The notes below the pieces were generated by a model, which was given only the letters and a program-made list of their open reading frames with translations, did not search any database and had not been told where the DNA came from. Positions 8,901 to 23,777 of a stretch of 34,855 nucleotides of DNA are shown here, piece by piece. Source of the DNA: Thermoleophilia bacterium (lineage in GTDB: Bacteria > Actinomycetota > Thermoleophilia > RBG-16-64-13); contig DASRMJ010000218.1 in assembly GCA_035647995.1 (NCBI GenBank), positions 1-34,855 on the forward strand, read 5' to 3'. The number at the start of each line of letters is the position of its first letter. Positions within the stretch are counted from its first letter, which is position 1. The translations under genes and the position numbers were made by a program.

Positions 8901-9773
8901 CCCGCATTCGACGGTGCCACCCAGGTGGATGTCGACGAGGCTCTCCTTGGGTGGGCCCTTGCGCAGGACGACCGGAGACCGGCTCCCACCGACGGCGTGG
9001 AGCCTTGTCGCGTGGAGATGCGGGCGGATCTCTCACGTCACGCCGGCACCCAGGTGAGCGGCAAGATCAAGCTCTTCAACGGCCGCACGGGCGAGCCCTA
9101 CGACCAGAGCATAACCGTGGGCTACATGTATATGTTGAAGCTTCACCATCTCGTGGACGACAAGATTCACGCGCGTTCCACCGGCCCGTACAGCTTGGTC
9201 ACCCAGCAGCCGCTGGGAGGCAAGGCACAGTTCGGCGGACAGCGTTTCGGCGAGATGGAGGTGTGGGCGCTCGAAGCGTACGGCGCCGCCTACACCCTGC
9301 AAGAGATGCTCACCATCAAGTCGGATGACACCGTGGGTAGGGTCAAGGCATACGAGGCGATCGTCAAGGGCGAGAACATCGCTCGCCCAGGGATCCCCGA
9401 GTCGTTCAAGGTGCTGCTGAAGGAGATGCAGTCCCTGGGCCTCGACGTGAGCGTCATCAGTGAAGAGGGCGGCCATCTCGAGGTATCAGACGAGGAGGAC
9501 GACCTGCTGCGGGCGGCCGAGGAGTTGGGCATCGACCTGACGGCTCGGCGTCGCGCCGAAGAGCGTGCGGCTGAGGCCCAGGCGGCCTTGGTCAGCTCGA
9601 ACCCAGGCGACGACTACGACGACGCTTTCGATGACGATGATGATGACGGTGACGAGGACGCCTTCGAAATCGACGAGAGCGATATCGCGGCCGCGTTGGC
9701 CGTTGACCTCGCCGGCATCGGCGGTACCGAAGACGAGGAGCTGTCCCGTCCCGTAGTCGACGACGAGGAATAG
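5961..9773 (+). CDS. rpoB: DNA-directed RNA polymerase subunit beta, with an extended acidic C-terminal tail
   Basis: 1270-aa ORF with a TTG start and GAGGAG 10 nt upstream. Conserved blocks include [22 protein letters not shown] and [27 protein letters not shown]. Confidence 0.97.
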   Translation: MSLSTTPKPRKSFAKLMPILDVPELIAIQLESFSWFLKDGLRETIRDINPIEDYTQKYAVEFGEYEFRDPPLSLEECRNKDMTYAAPLFITVAFVNRETGEIREQQVFMGDFPMMTDQGTFIINGTERVIVTQLVRSPGAYVQLPKDSNKATQVLVANLMPSRGSWLEFEIDKRGTVNVRIDRKRKLLATVFLRALAGIKNSETGDKPGILETGSDEEILAAFGDNMFIRNTLEKDTVRSVEEALVELFKKQRPGEPPTLEASRTLLRNTCFDPKRYDLSRVGRHKVNTRLGLDIEDIRTLTKEDIIALVKELVVVPLEASKKAPEGAIAFWDESRDLAEAATNLEWDDVAHRLDEYEDFGNRRLRTVGELVQEAFRIGLSRMERVVKERMTTEDVDTITPQTIINIRPVVAALKEFFGSSQLSQFMDQTNSLAGLTHRRRLSALGAGGLTRERAPIEVRDVHPTHYGRMCPIETPEGPNIGLIGSLAAYAKINEFGFIQTPYRRVVEGKVTDDIVWLSAYDERQCTIAQASAPFDPKTGEFLNDTVMARSPGGEYVSALAGQVEFMDVSPQQIVSVATALIPFLEHNDANRALMGSNMQRQAVPLLVSDAPLVGTGMEYRAAVDTGDVVRARRPGRVKGVSAVRILVESESGEIDKYSLLKFTRSNQGTLIHQKPLVDVGDDVVEGAVLADGASTSLGELALGRNLLVAFMSWEGYNFEDSIIISERLVMDDVLTSLHIEEHEVEARSTKLGDEEITRDIPNRSEDSLMDLDAEGIVRIGAEVSSGDLLVGKITPKGETELTAEEKLIRAIFKEKAREVRDTSLKVPHGERGVVIDVKQFSRENGDDLSPGVNRLVRVYVAKKRKIAEGDKLAGRHGNKGVISKIVPEEDMPFMEDGSPVDIILNPLGVPSRMNVGQVLETHLGWAASQGFYTIKRNNVSLSDANGSSDLGWRGQLDLVRKYYDVVSKSTGEGPMPIASPAFDGATQVDVDEALLGWALAQDDRRPAPTDGVEPCRVEMRADLSRHAGTQVSGKIKLFNGRTGEPYDQSITVGYMYMLKLHHLVDDKIHARSTGPYSLVTQQPLGGKAQFGGQRFGEMEVWALEAYGAAYTLQEMLTIKSDDTVGRVKAYEAIVKGENIARPGIPESFKVLLKEMQSLGLDVSVISEEGGHLEVSDEEDDLLRAAEELGIDLTARRRAEERAAEAQAALVSSNPGDDYDDAFDDDDDDGDEDAFEIDESDIAAALAVDLAGIGGTEDEELSRPVVDDEE

Positions 9774-9782
9774 GAGCCCCCC

Positions 9783-14105
<4,323 letters not shown>

Positions 14106-14112
14106 TGACTCC

Positions 14113-14141
14113 TTGTAGGCCCCGTGACCCTTTGCTATACT
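14113..14141 (+). promoter_or_regulatory. Candidate promoter for rpsL-rpsG-fusA-tuf (TTGTAG-N17-TATACT)
   Basis: TTGTAG at 14113..14118, a 17-nt spacer, and TATACT at 14136..14141, 97 nt upstream of the rpsL start. The hexamers and spacing are identical to the rplJ candidate. Confidence 0.55.
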
Positions 14142-14238
14142 TCGCCGCCGCGGCTGAGTCCGGGTTGGTGATGAGTCACGCCCTTCGGTCACAGCGGTAT
14201 CTGACAAGCAGTAATTCGAATGTGACTGAGGAGCCTTC

Positions 14239-14610
14239 GTGCCGACCATAAATCAGTTGATACGCAAGGGCCGCGCCGAGCTGGCCAAGAAGAGCAAGAC
14301 GCCGGCGCTCAAAGGTGCTCCGCAGAAACGGGGCGTCTGCACCCGTGTGTATACCACCACACCTAAGAAGCCGAACTCGGCCCTGCGGAAGGTGGCTCGT
14401 GTCCGTTTGACCAACGGGATGGAGGTCACCGCCTACATCCCTGGTATAGGACACAATCTTCAGGAGCACTCCGTGGTGCTCATCAGAGGCGGCCGGGTCA
14501 AAGACCTCCCGGGCGTCCGGTACAAGGTCATCCGTGCGGCCCTCGATACCGCTGGTGTGGCGAATCGCAAGCAGAGCCGCTCCAAGTATGGTGTCAAGGC
14601 GCCCAAGTAG
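14239..14610 (+). CDS. rpsL: 30S ribosomal protein S12
   Basis: 123-aa ORF with a GTG start after GAGGAG, reading [11 protein letters not shown]...[16 protein letters not shown]. Confidence 0.97.
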   Translation: MPTINQLIRKGRAELAKKSKTPALKGAPQKRGVCTRVYTTTPKKPNSALRKVARVRLTNGMEVTAYIPGIGHNLQEHSVVLIRGGRVKDLPGVRYKVIRAALDTAGVANRKQSRSKYGVKAPK

Positions 14611-14629
14611 AGCGGGAAGGTGGCTGTAG

Positions 14630-15100
14630 ATGGCTCGTAGGATAAAGGCGCAGAAGCGCGAGATCCAGCCCGATCCGGTGTACCGGAACCGGCTGGTGAC
14701 CCAGATCACCAACCGTCTCATGATCGACGGCAAGAAGTCGACCGCCGAACACATCGTGTACGGCGCTCTCGACATCATGCGCGAACGCACGGGGCAAGAC
14801 CCCATCGCGGTGCTGAAGGAAGCCGTTGAGAACGTGCGCCCTGCCCTGGAAGTGAAGTCCCGCCGCGTGGGCGGCGCGAACTACCAGGTGCCCGTCGAGG
14901 TGGCTACGCGGCGTTCGTACACGCTGGCGGTACGGTGGTTCATCACGCACAGCCGCGTTCGTCGTGAGAAGAGCATGTCCGAGCGTCTCGCCGGCGAACT
15001 GCTCGATGGGTTCAACCGCACCGGCGTCACCATGAAGAAGAAGGAAGACCTCCTGCGCATGGCCGAAGCCAACAAGGCTTTCGCCCACTACCGTTGGTAG
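14630..15100 (+). CDS. rpsG: 30S ribosomal protein S7
   Basis: 156-aa ORF reading [18 protein letters not shown]...[11 protein letters not shown]. Confidence 0.97.
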   Translation: MARRIKAQKREIQPDPVYRNRLVTQITNRLMIDGKKSTAEHIVYGALDIMRERTGQDPIAVLKEAVENVRPALEVKSRRVGGANYQVPVEVATRRSYTLAVRWFITHSRVRREKSMSERLAGELLDGFNRTGVTMKKKEDLLRMAEANKAFAHYRW

Positions 15101-15162
15101 CGGCGCGGCGGGCAGTCGGACATAGGTAGTCTCAGGCAGTTGAGAGTGTAGGATCCGGGTCT

Positions 15163-15231
15163 GTGGGGCCGGGACGGCCCCACGATTCGGTTGTGTTCGT
15201 GGTATCGCCGGGCCGGACGGTCCGCCCGGCG
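15163..15231 (+). promoter_or_regulatory. Two GC-rich hairpins in the 153-nt rpsG-fusA spacer
   Basis: GTGGGGCCG-GGA-CGGCCCCAC at 15163..15183 is followed by the U-containing tract GATTCGGTTGTGTTCG. CGCCGGGC...GCCCGGCG at 15206..15231 abuts the fusA RBS region. The complementarity is seen directly; the function is unknown. Confidence 0.3.
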
Positions 15232-15253
15232 GGTGAAGGGATAGAGAGAAGAA

Positions 15254-17371
15254 GTGGCACAGGCAACGACATCGAAAACCGACACGGGGAAGCGTCTGTT
15301 CCCCCTTGAGCGCGTGCGCAATATCGGCATCATGGCCCACATCGATGCCGGCAAGACCACGACCACCGAGCGCATCCTCTACTACACCGGTCGCACCTAC
15401 AAGATCGGCGAGGTGCACGACGGTGCTGCGGTGATGGACTGGATGCAGCAGGAGCAGGAGCGGGGCATCACCATCACGGCTGCGGCCACCACCTGCGAGT
15501 GGAAGCGGCATCGAGTGAATATTATAGACACACCCGGGCACGTGGACTTCACTATGGAGGTCGAACGCTCCCTTCGTGTGCTTGACGGTGCGGTGGCCGT
15601 ATTCGACGCGGTAGCCGGTGTCGAGCCGCAATCCGAGACTGTTTGGCGTCAGGCCGACAAGTACCGGGTACCCCGCATCGCCTTCATCAACAAGATGGAC
15701 CGCACGGGCGCCGATTTCGGGCAGGCCGTGCAGACCATGATCGACAGACTCCATGCCCGGCCGATGGTTGTGCAACTCCCCGTGGGGGCCGAGGACGGCT
15801 TTCGCGGCATCATCGATCTCGTGAGGATGCGCGCCTACCTCTTCCAGGACGACATGGGAGTCGAGTGGGAAGATGCTGAGATACCCGCGGACCTGGTCGA
15901 TGAAGCCGACATAGCTCGGGCGCACATGATCGAGATCCTCGCCGACTACGACGAGCAGATCATGCACGCCTATCTCGAGGGCGACGAGGTCTCGGAGGCG
16001 GCGTTGTTGGCGGCCATCCGCACGTCCACCCTCCAGATCGGCGCGACACCGGTTCTGTGCGGTTCGGCTTTCAAGAACAAGGGCGTCCAGATGCTGCTCG
16101 ACGGCGTGATCGACTACTTGCCGTCTCCGCTGGACATCCCGCCGATGGTCGGTTTCGATCCGCGCACCGACGCCGAGATCACCAGGCTCGCCTCCGACGA
16201 TGAGCCGTTCAGCGCGCTTGCCTTCAAGATCATGACCGACCCTTTCGTGGGGAAGCTGACCTTCTTCCGCGTCTACTCGGGTGTTCTCAAGGCTGGATCC
16301 TACGTCTACAACGCTTCCAAAGGTAAGAAGGAGCGCGTGGGCCGCATCCTCCAGATGCACGCGAACCACCGCGAAGACCGCAGCGAGATCTTCGCCGGGG
16401 ACATCGCGGCGGCCGTGGGGCTCAAAGCCACCACGACCGGCGACACCCTCACCGATCCGGATTATCCGGTGATCCTGGAGTCCATCGAGTTCCCTGAGCC
16501 CGTGATCTCGGTGGCCATCGAGCCCAAGACCAAGTTGGATCAGGACCGGCTGGGCGAGAGCCTCATGAAGCTGGCCGAGGAGGACCCGACCTTCCGGGTG
16601 CACAACGACGAGGAGACCGGGCAGACCATCATCGCCGGCATGGGCGAACTCCACCTGGAGATCATCGTGGACCGCCTGCTGCGTGAGTTCAAAGTGGACG
16701 CCAACGTGGGTCGTCCGCAGGTGGCCTACCGTGAGACCATACGCGCTGTCGTCGAGAAGGCCGAAGGCCGGTTCGTCCGCCAGACGGGTGGTCGCGGCCA
16801 ATACGGTCACGTGCTGCTCCGCATGTCGCCGGCCGAACAGGGTGCAGGTTTCACCTTCACCAACAAGGTCGTTGGGGGCTCGGTACCCCGCGAGTACGTC
16901 GCTCCGACTCAGGCCGGGATCGTGGAGGCGATGAGTGGCGGTGTGCTGGCAGGCTTCCCCATGGTCGACATCGACGTAGAGCTCTACGACGGCTCCTACC
17001 ACGATGTCGACAGTTCCGAGATGGCCTTCAAGATCGCCGGTTCGATGGCGTTCAAGGCTGGAGCTGAGAAGGGCAAGCCGGTGCTTCTCGAACCAATCGA
17101 AGACGTGGAGGTGGTCGTTCCCGAGGAATACATGGGCGATGTCATCGGAGACCTGAACTCCCGGAGGGGCCACATCTTGGGTATGGAGCCGCGTGCCGGC
17201 GCCCAAGTGGTGCGCGCACAAGTGCCGCTCTCAGAGATGTTCGGATACGCCACCGACCTGCGGTCTTCCACCCAGGGTCGCGCGACCTACACCATGCAGT
17301 TCATCCACTACGCGGAAGTGCCCGCGTCCATAGCCACGGAGATCGTCGCCCGATTCCGCGGCGACAAATAA
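15254..17371 (+). CDS. fusA: Elongation factor G
   Basis: 705-aa ORF with a GTG start. G motifs [14 protein letters not shown] and NKMD are present. Confidence 0.96.
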   Translation: MAQATTSKTDTGKRLFPLERVRNIGIMAHIDAGKTTTTERILYYTGRTYKIGEVHDGAAVMDWMQQEQERGITITAAATTCEWKRHRVNIIDTPGHVDFTMEVERSLRVLDGAVAVFDAVAGVEPQSETVWRQADKYRVPRIAFINKMDRTGADFGQAVQTMIDRLHARPMVVQLPVGAEDGFRGIIDLVRMRAYLFQDDMGVEWEDAEIPADLVDEADIARAHMIEILADYDEQIMHAYLEGDEVSEAALLAAIRTSTLQIGATPVLCGSAFKNKGVQMLLDGVIDYLPSPLDIPPMVGFDPRTDAEITRLASDDEPFSALAFKIMTDPFVGKLTFFRVYSGVLKAGSYVYNASKGKKERVGRILQMHANHREDRSEIFAGDIAAAVGLKATTTGDTLTDPDYPVILESIEFPEPVISVAIEPKTKLDQDRLGESLMKLAEEDPTFRVHNDEETGQTIIAGMGELHLEIIVDRLLREFKVDANVGRPQVAYRETIRAVVEKAEGRFVRQTGGRGQYGHVLLRMSPAEQGAGFTFTNKVVGGSVPREYVAPTQAGIVEAMSGGVLAGFPMVDIDVELYDGSYHDVDSSEMAFKIAGSMAFKAGAEKGKPVLLEPIEDVEVVVPEEYMGDVIGDLNSRRGHILGMEPRAGAQVVRAQVPLSEMFGYATDLRSSTQGRATYTMQFIHYAEVPASIATEIVARFRGDK

Positions 17372-17440
17372 CACAAGACAAAAAGGCAATACGGCCGGGT
17401 CACCGGTCTGAGCGCATCACGGTAAGAAAAGGGAGGAAAG

Positions 17441-18646
17441 ATGGCCAAGAAGAAATTCGAACGGACGAAGCCGCACGTTAACGTCGGTACTATCGGTCAC
17501 GTGGACCATGGCAAGACGACCTTGACGGCCGCCATCACGGCCTGTCTAGCGGCGCGCAATCCGAATGTCACCGTCCGGTCGTTCGACTCCATCGACAATG
17601 CTCCCGAGGAGCGCGAGCGCGGTATCACCATCGCCACGGCGCACGTGGAGTACGAGACCGCGAACCGCCACTACGCGCACGTCGATTGCCCGGGTCACGC
17701 CGACTACATCAAGAACATGATCACCGGTGCGGCTCAGATGGACGGCGCCATCCTCGTGGTTTCCGCCGCCGACGGTCCCATGCCCCAGACCCGTGAGCAC
17801 ATCCTGCTCGCCCGTCAGGTTGGTGTGCCGTACATCATCGTCTTCCTGAACAAGGCCGACATGGTGGACGATCCCGAGCTCTTGGAGTTGGTCGAGATGG
17901 AAGTGCGGGAGCTCCTCACCGAGTACGAGTTCCCCGGCGACGACATCCCCGTGATCACCGGCTCGGCACTGAAGGCCCTCGAGTGCGCCTGCGGCGGCGA
18001 CGAGTGCGAGGCCTGCAAGCCGATCCTCGAGCTCATGAAGGCGGTCGACGAGTACCTGCCCGAGCCCGAGCGCGACACCGAGAAGCCGTACCTGATGCCG
18101 ATCGAGGATGTGTTCACCATCCAAGGTCGCGGCACCGTAGTGACCGGTCGTATCGAGCGCGGCATCGTCAAGGTGGGCGACGACGTGCAGATCGTCGGCA
18201 TGCAGAAGGAGGTCGTCAAGACCGTCTGCACCGGAGTGGAGATGTTCCGCAAGCTGCTCGACGAAGGCCGGGCGGGCGACAACGTGGGCGTCCTGCTGCG
18301 TGGTATCAAGCGTGACGACGTGCAGCGAGGCATGGTCCTGGCCAAGCCGGGCAGCATCACCCCGCACACCGAGTTCCGCGCTGAGGTGTATGTGCTCACC
18401 CGCGAGGAAGGTGGCCGTCACACCCCGTTCTTCAACGGCTACCGCCCGCAGTTCTACTTCCGCACCACCGACGTCACGGGTGACTCCACCCTCGACGAGG
18501 GCGTGGAAATGATCATGCCCGGCGACAACACGAACCTGACCGTCAAACTCATCACCCCCATCGCCATGGAGGAAGGCCTCCGCTTCGCTATCCGCGAAGG
18601 CGGTCGCACCGTCGGCGCTGGCGTCGTGACGAAAGTAATCCAATAG
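17441..18646 (+). CDS. tuf: Elongation factor Tu (with an unusual Cys4 cluster in domain I)
   Basis: 401-aa ORF with GGGAGGA 4 nt upstream. Motifs [14 protein letters not shown] and NKAD are present. Confidence 0.97.
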   Translation: MAKKKFERTKPHVNVGTIGHVDHGKTTLTAAITACLAARNPNVTVRSFDSIDNAPEERERGITIATAHVEYETANRHYAHVDCPGHADYIKNMITGAAQMDGAILVVSAADGPMPQTREHILLARQVGVPYIIVFLNKADMVDDPELLELVEMEVRELLTEYEFPGDDIPVITGSALKALECACGGDECEACKPILELMKAVDEYLPEPERDTEKPYLMPIEDVFTIQGRGTVVTGRIERGIVKVGDDVQIVGMQKEVVKTVCTGVEMFRKLLDEGRAGDNVGVLLRGIKRDDVQRGMVLAKPGSITPHTEFRAEVYVLTREEGGRHTPFFNGYRPQFYFRTTDVTGDSTLDEGVEMIMPGDNTNLTVKLITPIAMEEGLRFAIREGGRTVGAGVVTKVIQ

Positions 18647-18668
18647 GCACCGACGTTCACGATCACTG

Positions 18669-18691
18669 CGGGGTCCCGGACTGGGGCCCCG
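18669..18691 (+). terminator. Hairpin downstream of tuf (possible partial terminator or processing site, no U-tract)
   Basis: CGGGGTCCC-GGACT-GGGGCCCCG, a 9-bp stem including one G-U pair, 23 nt after the tuf stop. Confidence 0.3.
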
Positions 18692-18722
18692 TGGGATCGA
18701 ACAGCGAGAGGCGAGGCTGACC

Positions 18723-19031
18723 TTGGCTCAACAGAAGATACGCATACGATTGAAGGCCTACGATCACGAGCTCATCGACAAGAGCGCGCGTAGCATCGTG
18801 GAGACGGCGGAGCGCACCGGGGCGACGATATCGGGTCCCGTGCCGCTTCCCACGGAGAAGAACGTGTATTGCGTGATCCGCGGTCCCTTCAAGGACAAGG
18901 ATTCTCGCGAGCACTTCGAGATCCGCACGCACAAGCGGCTGATCGACATCCACCAGCCTACTCCGAAGACGGTGGATTCGCTCATGCGCATGGACCTGCC
19001 CGCGGGCGTGGACATCGAGATCAAACTGTGA
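18723..19031 (+). CDS. rpsJ: 30S ribosomal protein S10
   Basis: 102-aa ORF with a TTG start, reading [18 protein letters not shown]... Confidence 0.96.
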   Translation: MAQQKIRIRLKAYDHELIDKSARSIVETAERTGATISGPVPLPTEKNVYCVIRGPFKDKDSREHFEIRTHKRLIDIHQPTPKTVDSLMRMDLPAGVDIEIKL

Positions 19032-19639
19032 TGAAAGCACTGCTTGGAACCAAGATAGGGATGACCCAGTTGTTCGGCGAGGATGGCGTCGTCACGCGTG
19101 TGACCGTGATCCAAGCCGGCCCCTGCGTAGTCACCCAGAAGAAGGACGTCGCCTCGGACGGCTATGCCGCCACTCAGATCGCGTTCGGCGACGTGAAAGT
19201 CAAGAAGCTCACGAGGCCGGAACTCGGTCACCTGAAGAAGTCGGGGGCCTCCCCTAAGAAGCACCTGGCCGAAGTGCGCGGGGAGCACGATCTCGCGGTC
19301 GGCGACCGTGTGACCGTGGAGGCGTTCGCACCCGGTGACATGGTGAGGGTCACCGGCGTCAGCAAGGGCAAGGGTTTCCAAGGCGTGATCAAGCGTCACG
19401 GCTTCAAGGGTGGGCCTGCCAGCCACGGCTCCCGCTTCCATCGGGCCCCGGGCTCCATCGGCGCCAGCGCCGACCCGGCCCGTGTATATCCGGGCACGAA
19501 ACTGCCGGGTCAGATGGGCAACCAGCGTGTGACCCAGACCGGTCTCACGGTCGTCGCCGCCGACCCCGAGCGCAACCTTCTCATGGTCAAGGGCTCCGTC
19601 CCGGGGAGCAAAGGCTCCCTGGTGTTCGTCAGAGGTTAG
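19031..19639 (+). CDS. rplC: 50S ribosomal protein L3
   Basis: ATG at 19031 overlaps the rpsJ TGA and gives [19 protein letters not shown]... The ORF-track start at 18869 lies inside rpsJ and was rejected. Confidence 0.95.
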   Translation: MKALLGTKIGMTQLFGEDGVVTRVTVIQAGPCVVTQKKDVASDGYAATQIAFGDVKVKKLTRPELGHLKKSGASPKKHLAEVRGEHDLAVGDRVTVEAFAPGDMVRVTGVSKGKGFQGVIKRHGFKGGPASHGSRFHRAPGSIGASADPARVYPGTKLPGQMGNQRVTQTGLTVVAADPERNLLMVKGSVPGSKGSLVFVRG

Positions 19640-19643
19640 GGAT

Positions 19644-20267
19644 ATGCCAACGATACGAAAAATCGACGAGAAGGGCGCCGTCATCGGCGAGCACGAGTTC
19701 GCGGACAGCCGTGTGGAGACCGAGATGAACATCGGTCTGTTGCATGAGGTCGTCCGGGGCGAACAGGCCGCCCGCCGTCAGGGCACGCACGCCGCCAAGA
19801 CGCGCGGCCAGGTGTCCGGTACGGGAGCCAAGGCGTTCCGCCAGAAGGGCACCGGGCGCGCCCGGGCCGGCAGCACCAGAGTGTCGCAGTGGACCGGCGG
19901 CGGCTTCGCGTTCCCGCCCGTGTCGCGCGACCACTCCTTCAAAGTGAACAAGAAGGTGCGCGTCAAGGCGTTCCGCATGGCCTTGGGCAATCTGATCGCC
20001 AATGACGCGGTGCGGGTCTTGACTGGAGTCGAGTTCGAAGTGCCGTCGACCAAGCGGGCTTCGGCCATCTTGGATTCGGCCGCGCTCGATGGTCCCACGT
20101 TGGTGGTGGCCGCCTCGCAAGAGATGAACACGTTGCTGAGCTTCCGCAACCTCCCGCGCACCCGCGTCCTCCCGGTGAACGAGGTCGACGTGCAGGACTA
20201 CCTCTGGGCGCGAAGCGCCGTGCTCACAGAAGCCGCCATGGCGATCCTGGAAGGCGGTGCGAACTGA
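19644..20267 (+). CDS. rplD: 50S ribosomal protein L4
   Basis: 207-aa ORF with the motif [10 protein letters not shown], in the canonical position. Confidence 0.95.
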   Translation: MPTIRKIDEKGAVIGEHEFADSRVETEMNIGLLHEVVRGEQAARRQGTHAAKTRGQVSGTGAKAFRQKGTGRARAGSTRVSQWTGGGFAFPPVSRDHSFKVNKKVRVKAFRMALGNLIANDAVRVLTGVEFEVPSTKRASAILDSAALDGPTLVVAASQEMNTLLSFRNLPRTRVLPVNEVDVQDYLWARSAVLTEAAMAILEGGAN

Positions 20268-20551
20268 TGGACGCCCGGCAAGTGATCATCAGGCCGGTCA
20301 TCTCAGAGAAGAGCTACGAGGCGGTGGAGAAGGGCCGCTACTCCTTCGAGGTACATACCAAGGCCACTAAACAGCACATCCGTGACGCTGTGGAGGAGAT
20401 CTTCAAGGTCTCCGTCATCGGTGTGAACACGATGAACGTGAAGCCCAAACCGAAGCGTCGCGGAGCCTTCAAGGGCACGACGCGCCGGTGGAAGAAAGCT
20501 GTCGTCGAACTGGCTCCGGGCAACCGGATCGAGTTCTTCGGCGGCAACTAA
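20267..20551 (+). CDS. rplW: 50S ribosomal protein L23
   Basis: 94-aa ORF with a TGATG stop/start overlap, reading [12 protein letters not shown]... Confidence 0.95.
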   Translation: MDARQVIIRPVISEKSYEAVEKGRYSFEVHTKATKQHIRDAVEEIFKVSVIGVNTMNVKPKPKRRGAFKGTTRRWKKAVVELAPGNRIEFFGGN

Positions 20552-20576
20552 GAGGCTAGGAGAGCGGAAGAGGCTC

Positions 20577-21407
20577 ATGGCGATCAAGAGTTACAAACCA
20601 ACGTCACCCGGACGTCGCTTCACGACCACTCCGGCCTTCGATGAGATCACGAAGACCGAGCCGGAGAAGTCGCTGATCGTCCCGGTGAAGCGCAAGGGCG
20701 GCCGAAACAACAACGGCCGTATCACCACGCGTCACCAGGGCGGCGGCCACAAGCGGATGTATCGGATCATCGATTTCAAGCGCGACAAGGACGGGGTCCC
20801 CGGCCGCGTCTCGTCGATCGAGTACGATCCCAACCGCAGTTGCCGCATCGCCCTGATCGTGTACGCCGACGGCGAAAAACGCTATATCTTGGCGCCGAAC
20901 AAGCTGAAGGTGGGCGACCAGGTAGAGGCCGGCCCGGGTGCCGACATCAAGGTGGGCAATGCGTTGCCCTTGAAGAACATCCCGGTGGGCTCCACGGTGC
21001 ACAACATCGAGCTGCACATCGGGAAGGGCGGCCAGATCGCCCGCGCCGCCGGCACATCCGCCCAGGTCATGGCCAAGGAAGGGAACTACGCCACGCTGCG
21101 TCTGCCCTCCGGCGAGATGCGCATGATCCACTTGGCCTGCCGGGCCACAGTCGGCGAGATCGGCAACTCCGAGCACGAGAACCTCTCCACCGGCAAAGCC
21201 GGCCGGACTCGGTGGATGGGCATCAGGCCCACCGTGCGCGGCACGACCATGAACCCCGTGGACCATCCGCACGGCGGCGGTGAGGGGTCTACGACGCCCG
21301 GCCGTCATCCGGTGACTCCGTGGGGTGTACCGACTCTCGGTCATAAGACCAGGGGCACAAAAGCGTCTGACAAGTACATCATCAGACGACGCGGTAAAGG
21401 GAGGTAG
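20577..21407 (+). CDS. rplB: 50S ribosomal protein L2
   Basis: 276-aa ORF reading [14 protein letters not shown]...[12 protein letters not shown]. Confidence 0.97.
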   Translation: MAIKSYKPTSPGRRFTTTPAFDEITKTEPEKSLIVPVKRKGGRNNNGRITTRHQGGGHKRMYRIIDFKRDKDGVPGRVSSIEYDPNRSCRIALIVYADGEKRYILAPNKLKVGDQVEAGPGADIKVGNALPLKNIPVGSTVHNIELHIGKGGQIARAAGTSAQVMAKEGNYATLRLPSGEMRMIHLACRATVGEIGNSEHENLSTGKAGRTRWMGIRPTVRGTTMNPVDHPHGGGEGSTTPGRHPVTPWGVPTLGHKTRGTKASDKYIIRRRGKGR

Positions 21408-21415
21408 AAGGCGCT

Positions 21416-21697
21416 GTGACGAGATCGAGCAAGAAAGCGCCTTTCGTCGCGGAGAAGCTCATGCTCCGTATAGAGCGCATGAACGCCGCGGGCGAGAAGC
21501 GGATGTTGAAGACGTGGTCGCGTGCTTCCACGATCTACCCCGAGATGGTGGGTCACACTATCGCCGTTCACGATGGGCGTAAGCACGTGCCCATCTACGT
21601 GACGGAGAGCATGGTGGGCCACAAGCTGGGAGAGTTCGCCCTCACGCGCACCTACCGGGGTCATGGCGGCGGCAAAGAGAAGCGGTCGAGGAGGTAG
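21416..21697 (+). CDS. rpsS: 30S ribosomal protein S19
   Basis: 93-aa ORF with a GTG start and the motif [20 protein letters not shown]. Confidence 0.96.
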   Translation: MTRSSKKAPFVAEKLMLRIERMNAAGEKRMLKTWSRASTIYPEMVGHTIAVHDGRKHVPIYVTESMVGHKLGEFALTRTYRGHGGGKEKRSRR

Positions 21698-21700
21698 GCC

Positions 21701-22039
21701 GTGGTCAGCGCTACAGCCAAGTATGTGCGTCTTTCGCCTCGCAAAGCGCGTCAGGTCGTCGACCTGATCCGCGGCAAGTCTGTGCGTGACGCGAAGGCCA
21801 TCCTCATGTTGACGCCTCGTGGTGCGGCTCCCATCGTGCAGAAGGTCCTCGCTTCGGCCGTGGCCAACGCGGAGAACAACAACGACATGTCGGCCGACGA
21901 CCTCTACGTGGCGAATGCCTACGTGAACGAAGGCCCCACGCTGAAGCGGTTCAAGCCGCGGGCGATGGGTCGGGCGACGCCGATCCGCAAGCGGACCAGC
22001 CACATCACCGTGGCCGTTGACGAGAGAAGGGAGTCGTAA
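21701..22039 (+). CDS. rplV: 50S ribosomal protein L22
   Basis: 112-aa ORF with a GTG start, reading [21 protein letters not shown]. Confidence 0.96.
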   Translation: MVSATAKYVRLSPRKARQVVDLIRGKSVRDAKAILMLTPRGAAPIVQKVLASAVANAENNNDMSADDLYVANAYVNEGPTLKRFKPRAMGRATPIRKRTSHITVAVDERRES

Positions 22040-22042
22040 CCC

Positions 22043-22774
22043 GTGGGACAGAAGGTTCACCCGGGTGGCATGCGCCTCGGCATCATCCATGATTGGAAGG
22101 CGCACTGGTTCACCGAGAAGAATTTCGCGGACTTCCTCCAAGAGGACCTCGCGATCCGGAAGTACATCCGGCGTCGCATGGGCCACGCGGGCCTGTCCGA
22201 GATAGTCATCCGCAAGGACACCAACAAGGTGATCATCGACATCCATACCGCACGTCCGGGCATCGTCATCGGCAAGTCCGGTGCCGAGGTGGATGGCCTG
22301 AGGCGTGACATCCACGGGATGACGGGCAAGAACGTGCACGTCAACATCGTCGAGATCAAGCGTCCCGAGTTGGACGCCGGCTTGGTGGCGCAGTCGATCG
22401 CGGAGCAGCTCGCCAACCGGGTCAGTTTCCGGCGCGCGATGAAGCGTGCGATCACCTCGGCCATGCGGTCCGGCGCGGCCGGTATCAAGGTCAGGTCGGG
22501 CGGGCGTCTGGGCGGTGCCGAGATGGCGCGCGTCGAGGGCTACAGCGAGGGGCGAGTCCCGCTGCACACTCTGCGCGCCGACATCGACTACGGCTTCTGG
22601 GAAGCCAACACGACCTTCGGCAAGATCGGGGTCAAGGTGTGGATCAACAAGGGCGAGATCATGCCCGAGGGTTTCGACAGCGACGCTCGCAAAGAGCCGG
22701 CGCTCGGAGTGCCCGAAGAACGACGTGGCGGCCGCAGTGGCCGTGGGCGCCGAGGCGAAGGTTCCAGGTGGTAG
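22043..22774 (+). CDS. rpsC: 30S ribosomal protein S3 (with an Arg/Gly-rich C-terminal tail)
   Basis: 243-aa ORF with a GTG start, reading [13 protein letters not shown]..., with KH and S3-C domains. Confidence 0.96.
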   Translation: MGQKVHPGGMRLGIIHDWKAHWFTEKNFADFLQEDLAIRKYIRRRMGHAGLSEIVIRKDTNKVIIDIHTARPGIVIGKSGAEVDGLRRDIHGMTGKNVHVNIVEIKRPELDAGLVAQSIAEQLANRVSFRRAMKRAITSAMRSGAAGIKVRSGGRLGGAEMARVEGYSEGRVPLHTLRADIDYGFWEANTTFGKIGVKVWINKGEIMPEGFDSDARKEPALGVPEERRGGRSGRGRRGEGSRW

Positions 22775-22795
22775 TCCCCATCAGCAACCCGGTGC

Positions 22796-22817
22796 GCCGA
22801 CGCGTTAGCGCGTCGGC
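22796..22817 (+). promoter_or_regulatory. Perfect 9-bp hairpin in the 95-nt rpsC-rplP spacer
   Basis: GCCGACGCG-TTAG-CGCGTCGGC with no U-tract. The complementarity is seen directly; the function is unknown. Confidence 0.3.
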
Positions 22818-22869
22818 AACGTCTGGGACCGTGGACAGGGACTGACCAGCCTCAGGGAGACAAGGAACG

Positions 22870-23295
22870 ATGCTACTACCGAAGAGGATAAAACATAGAA
22901 AGCAGCAACGTGGCCGGATGGGCGGCAAGTCCAAGGGCCAGACGACTGTGCAGTTCGGCGAGTTCGGCCTCCAGGCTCTTGAGCCGGGTTGGGTCACGGC
23001 CAGGCAGATCGAGTCCGCTCGTATTGCCATGACCCGCAAGATGAAGCGGGGCGGCAAGGTGTGGATCAACATCTTCCCGCACAAGCCGATCACCAAGAAG
23101 CCCGCCGAGACGCGCATGGGTTCGGGCAAGGGTTCGCCCGACCAATGGGTGGTCGTGGTGAAGCCCGGCCGCGTCATGTTCGAGTTGGCCGGGGTGCCGG
23201 AGGACTTGGCCCGCGAGGCGATCCGCCTTGCCGTGCACAAGCTTCCCCTCAAGTGCCGGTTCGTGGTGAGGGAGGACGGCAGCTTTGAAGGCTAA
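22870..23295 (+). CDS. rplP: 50S ribosomal protein L16
   Basis: 141-aa ORF reading [17 protein letters not shown]... Confidence 0.97.
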   Translation: MLLPKRIKHRKQQRGRMGGKSKGQTTVQFGEFGLQALEPGWVTARQIESARIAMTRKMKRGGKVWINIFPHKPITKKPAETRMGSGKGSPDQWVVVVKPGRVMFELAGVPEDLAREAIRLAVHKLPLKCRFVVREDGSFEG

Positions 23296-23482
23296 AGACA
23301 TAATCGAGCTCGCCGAGCACGAGTTGGAGCAACGTCTCAAGGAATCGCGGGAGGAGCTGTTCAACCTGCGCTTCCAGCACGCGACCGGCCAGCTTGAGAA
23401 CACCGGTCGGCTGCGCCAGGTGCGCCAGGACATCGCGCGCATCCTGTCTGTTCAGAACTCACAGAAGTCGAAGGAGTCGTAG
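23285..23482 (+). CDS. rpmC: 50S ribosomal protein L29
   Basis: 65-aa ORF with a TTG start 8 nt after GGGAGGA, overlapping the rplP end by 11 nt. Contains [16 protein letters not shown]. Confidence 0.9.
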   Translation: MKAKDIIELAEHELEQRLKESREELFNLRFQHATGQLENTGRLRQVRQDIARILSVQNSQKSKES

Positions 23483-23746
23483 ATGACCGCGGAGCGTGAG
23501 AGTTCGCAGCGCGAGCGCCGAGGCGTCGTGATCTCCGACAAGATGGAGAAGACCATCGTCGTAGAGGTGGCGGTAGCCAAGCCGCACCCGCTGTACAAGA
23601 AGATCGTGCGTCGCAGTAGTCGCCTCAAAGCGCACGATGAGAACAACGAGGCGCGGATCGGGGACGTCGTCCTGGTACGTGAGTGCCGGCCGCTCTCCAA
23701 GTCGAAGAGTTGGCGCCTTATCAGCATTCTGGAGCGGGCCGAGTAG
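23483..23746 (+). CDS. rpsQ: 30S ribosomal protein S17
   Basis: 87-aa ORF reading RRGVVISDKMEKTIVVEV...HDENNEARIGDVV. Confidence 0.96.
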   Translation: MTAERESSQRERRGVVISDKMEKTIVVEVAVAKPHPLYKKIVRRSSRLKAHDENNEARIGDVVLVRECRPLSKSKSWRLISILERAE

Positions 23747-23777
23747 CCCCTCGACCGAGAGAGATAGGTAACTAGCG

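Noticed and set aside
14594-17221. 875-aa ORF antisense to rpsG/fusA
   Set aside because: This is the long stop-free antisense frame typical of GC-rich coding DNA. It has an Arg/His/Gly/Val-biased low-information sequence and no RBS. The sense strand encodes a complete EF-G with all G-motifs.
18869-19030. Extended L3 ORF starting at 18869 inside rpsJ
   Set aside because: It is an off-frame reading through rpsJ. The conserved L3 N-terminus [13 protein letters not shown] begins at ATG 19031, overlapping the rpsJ stop.
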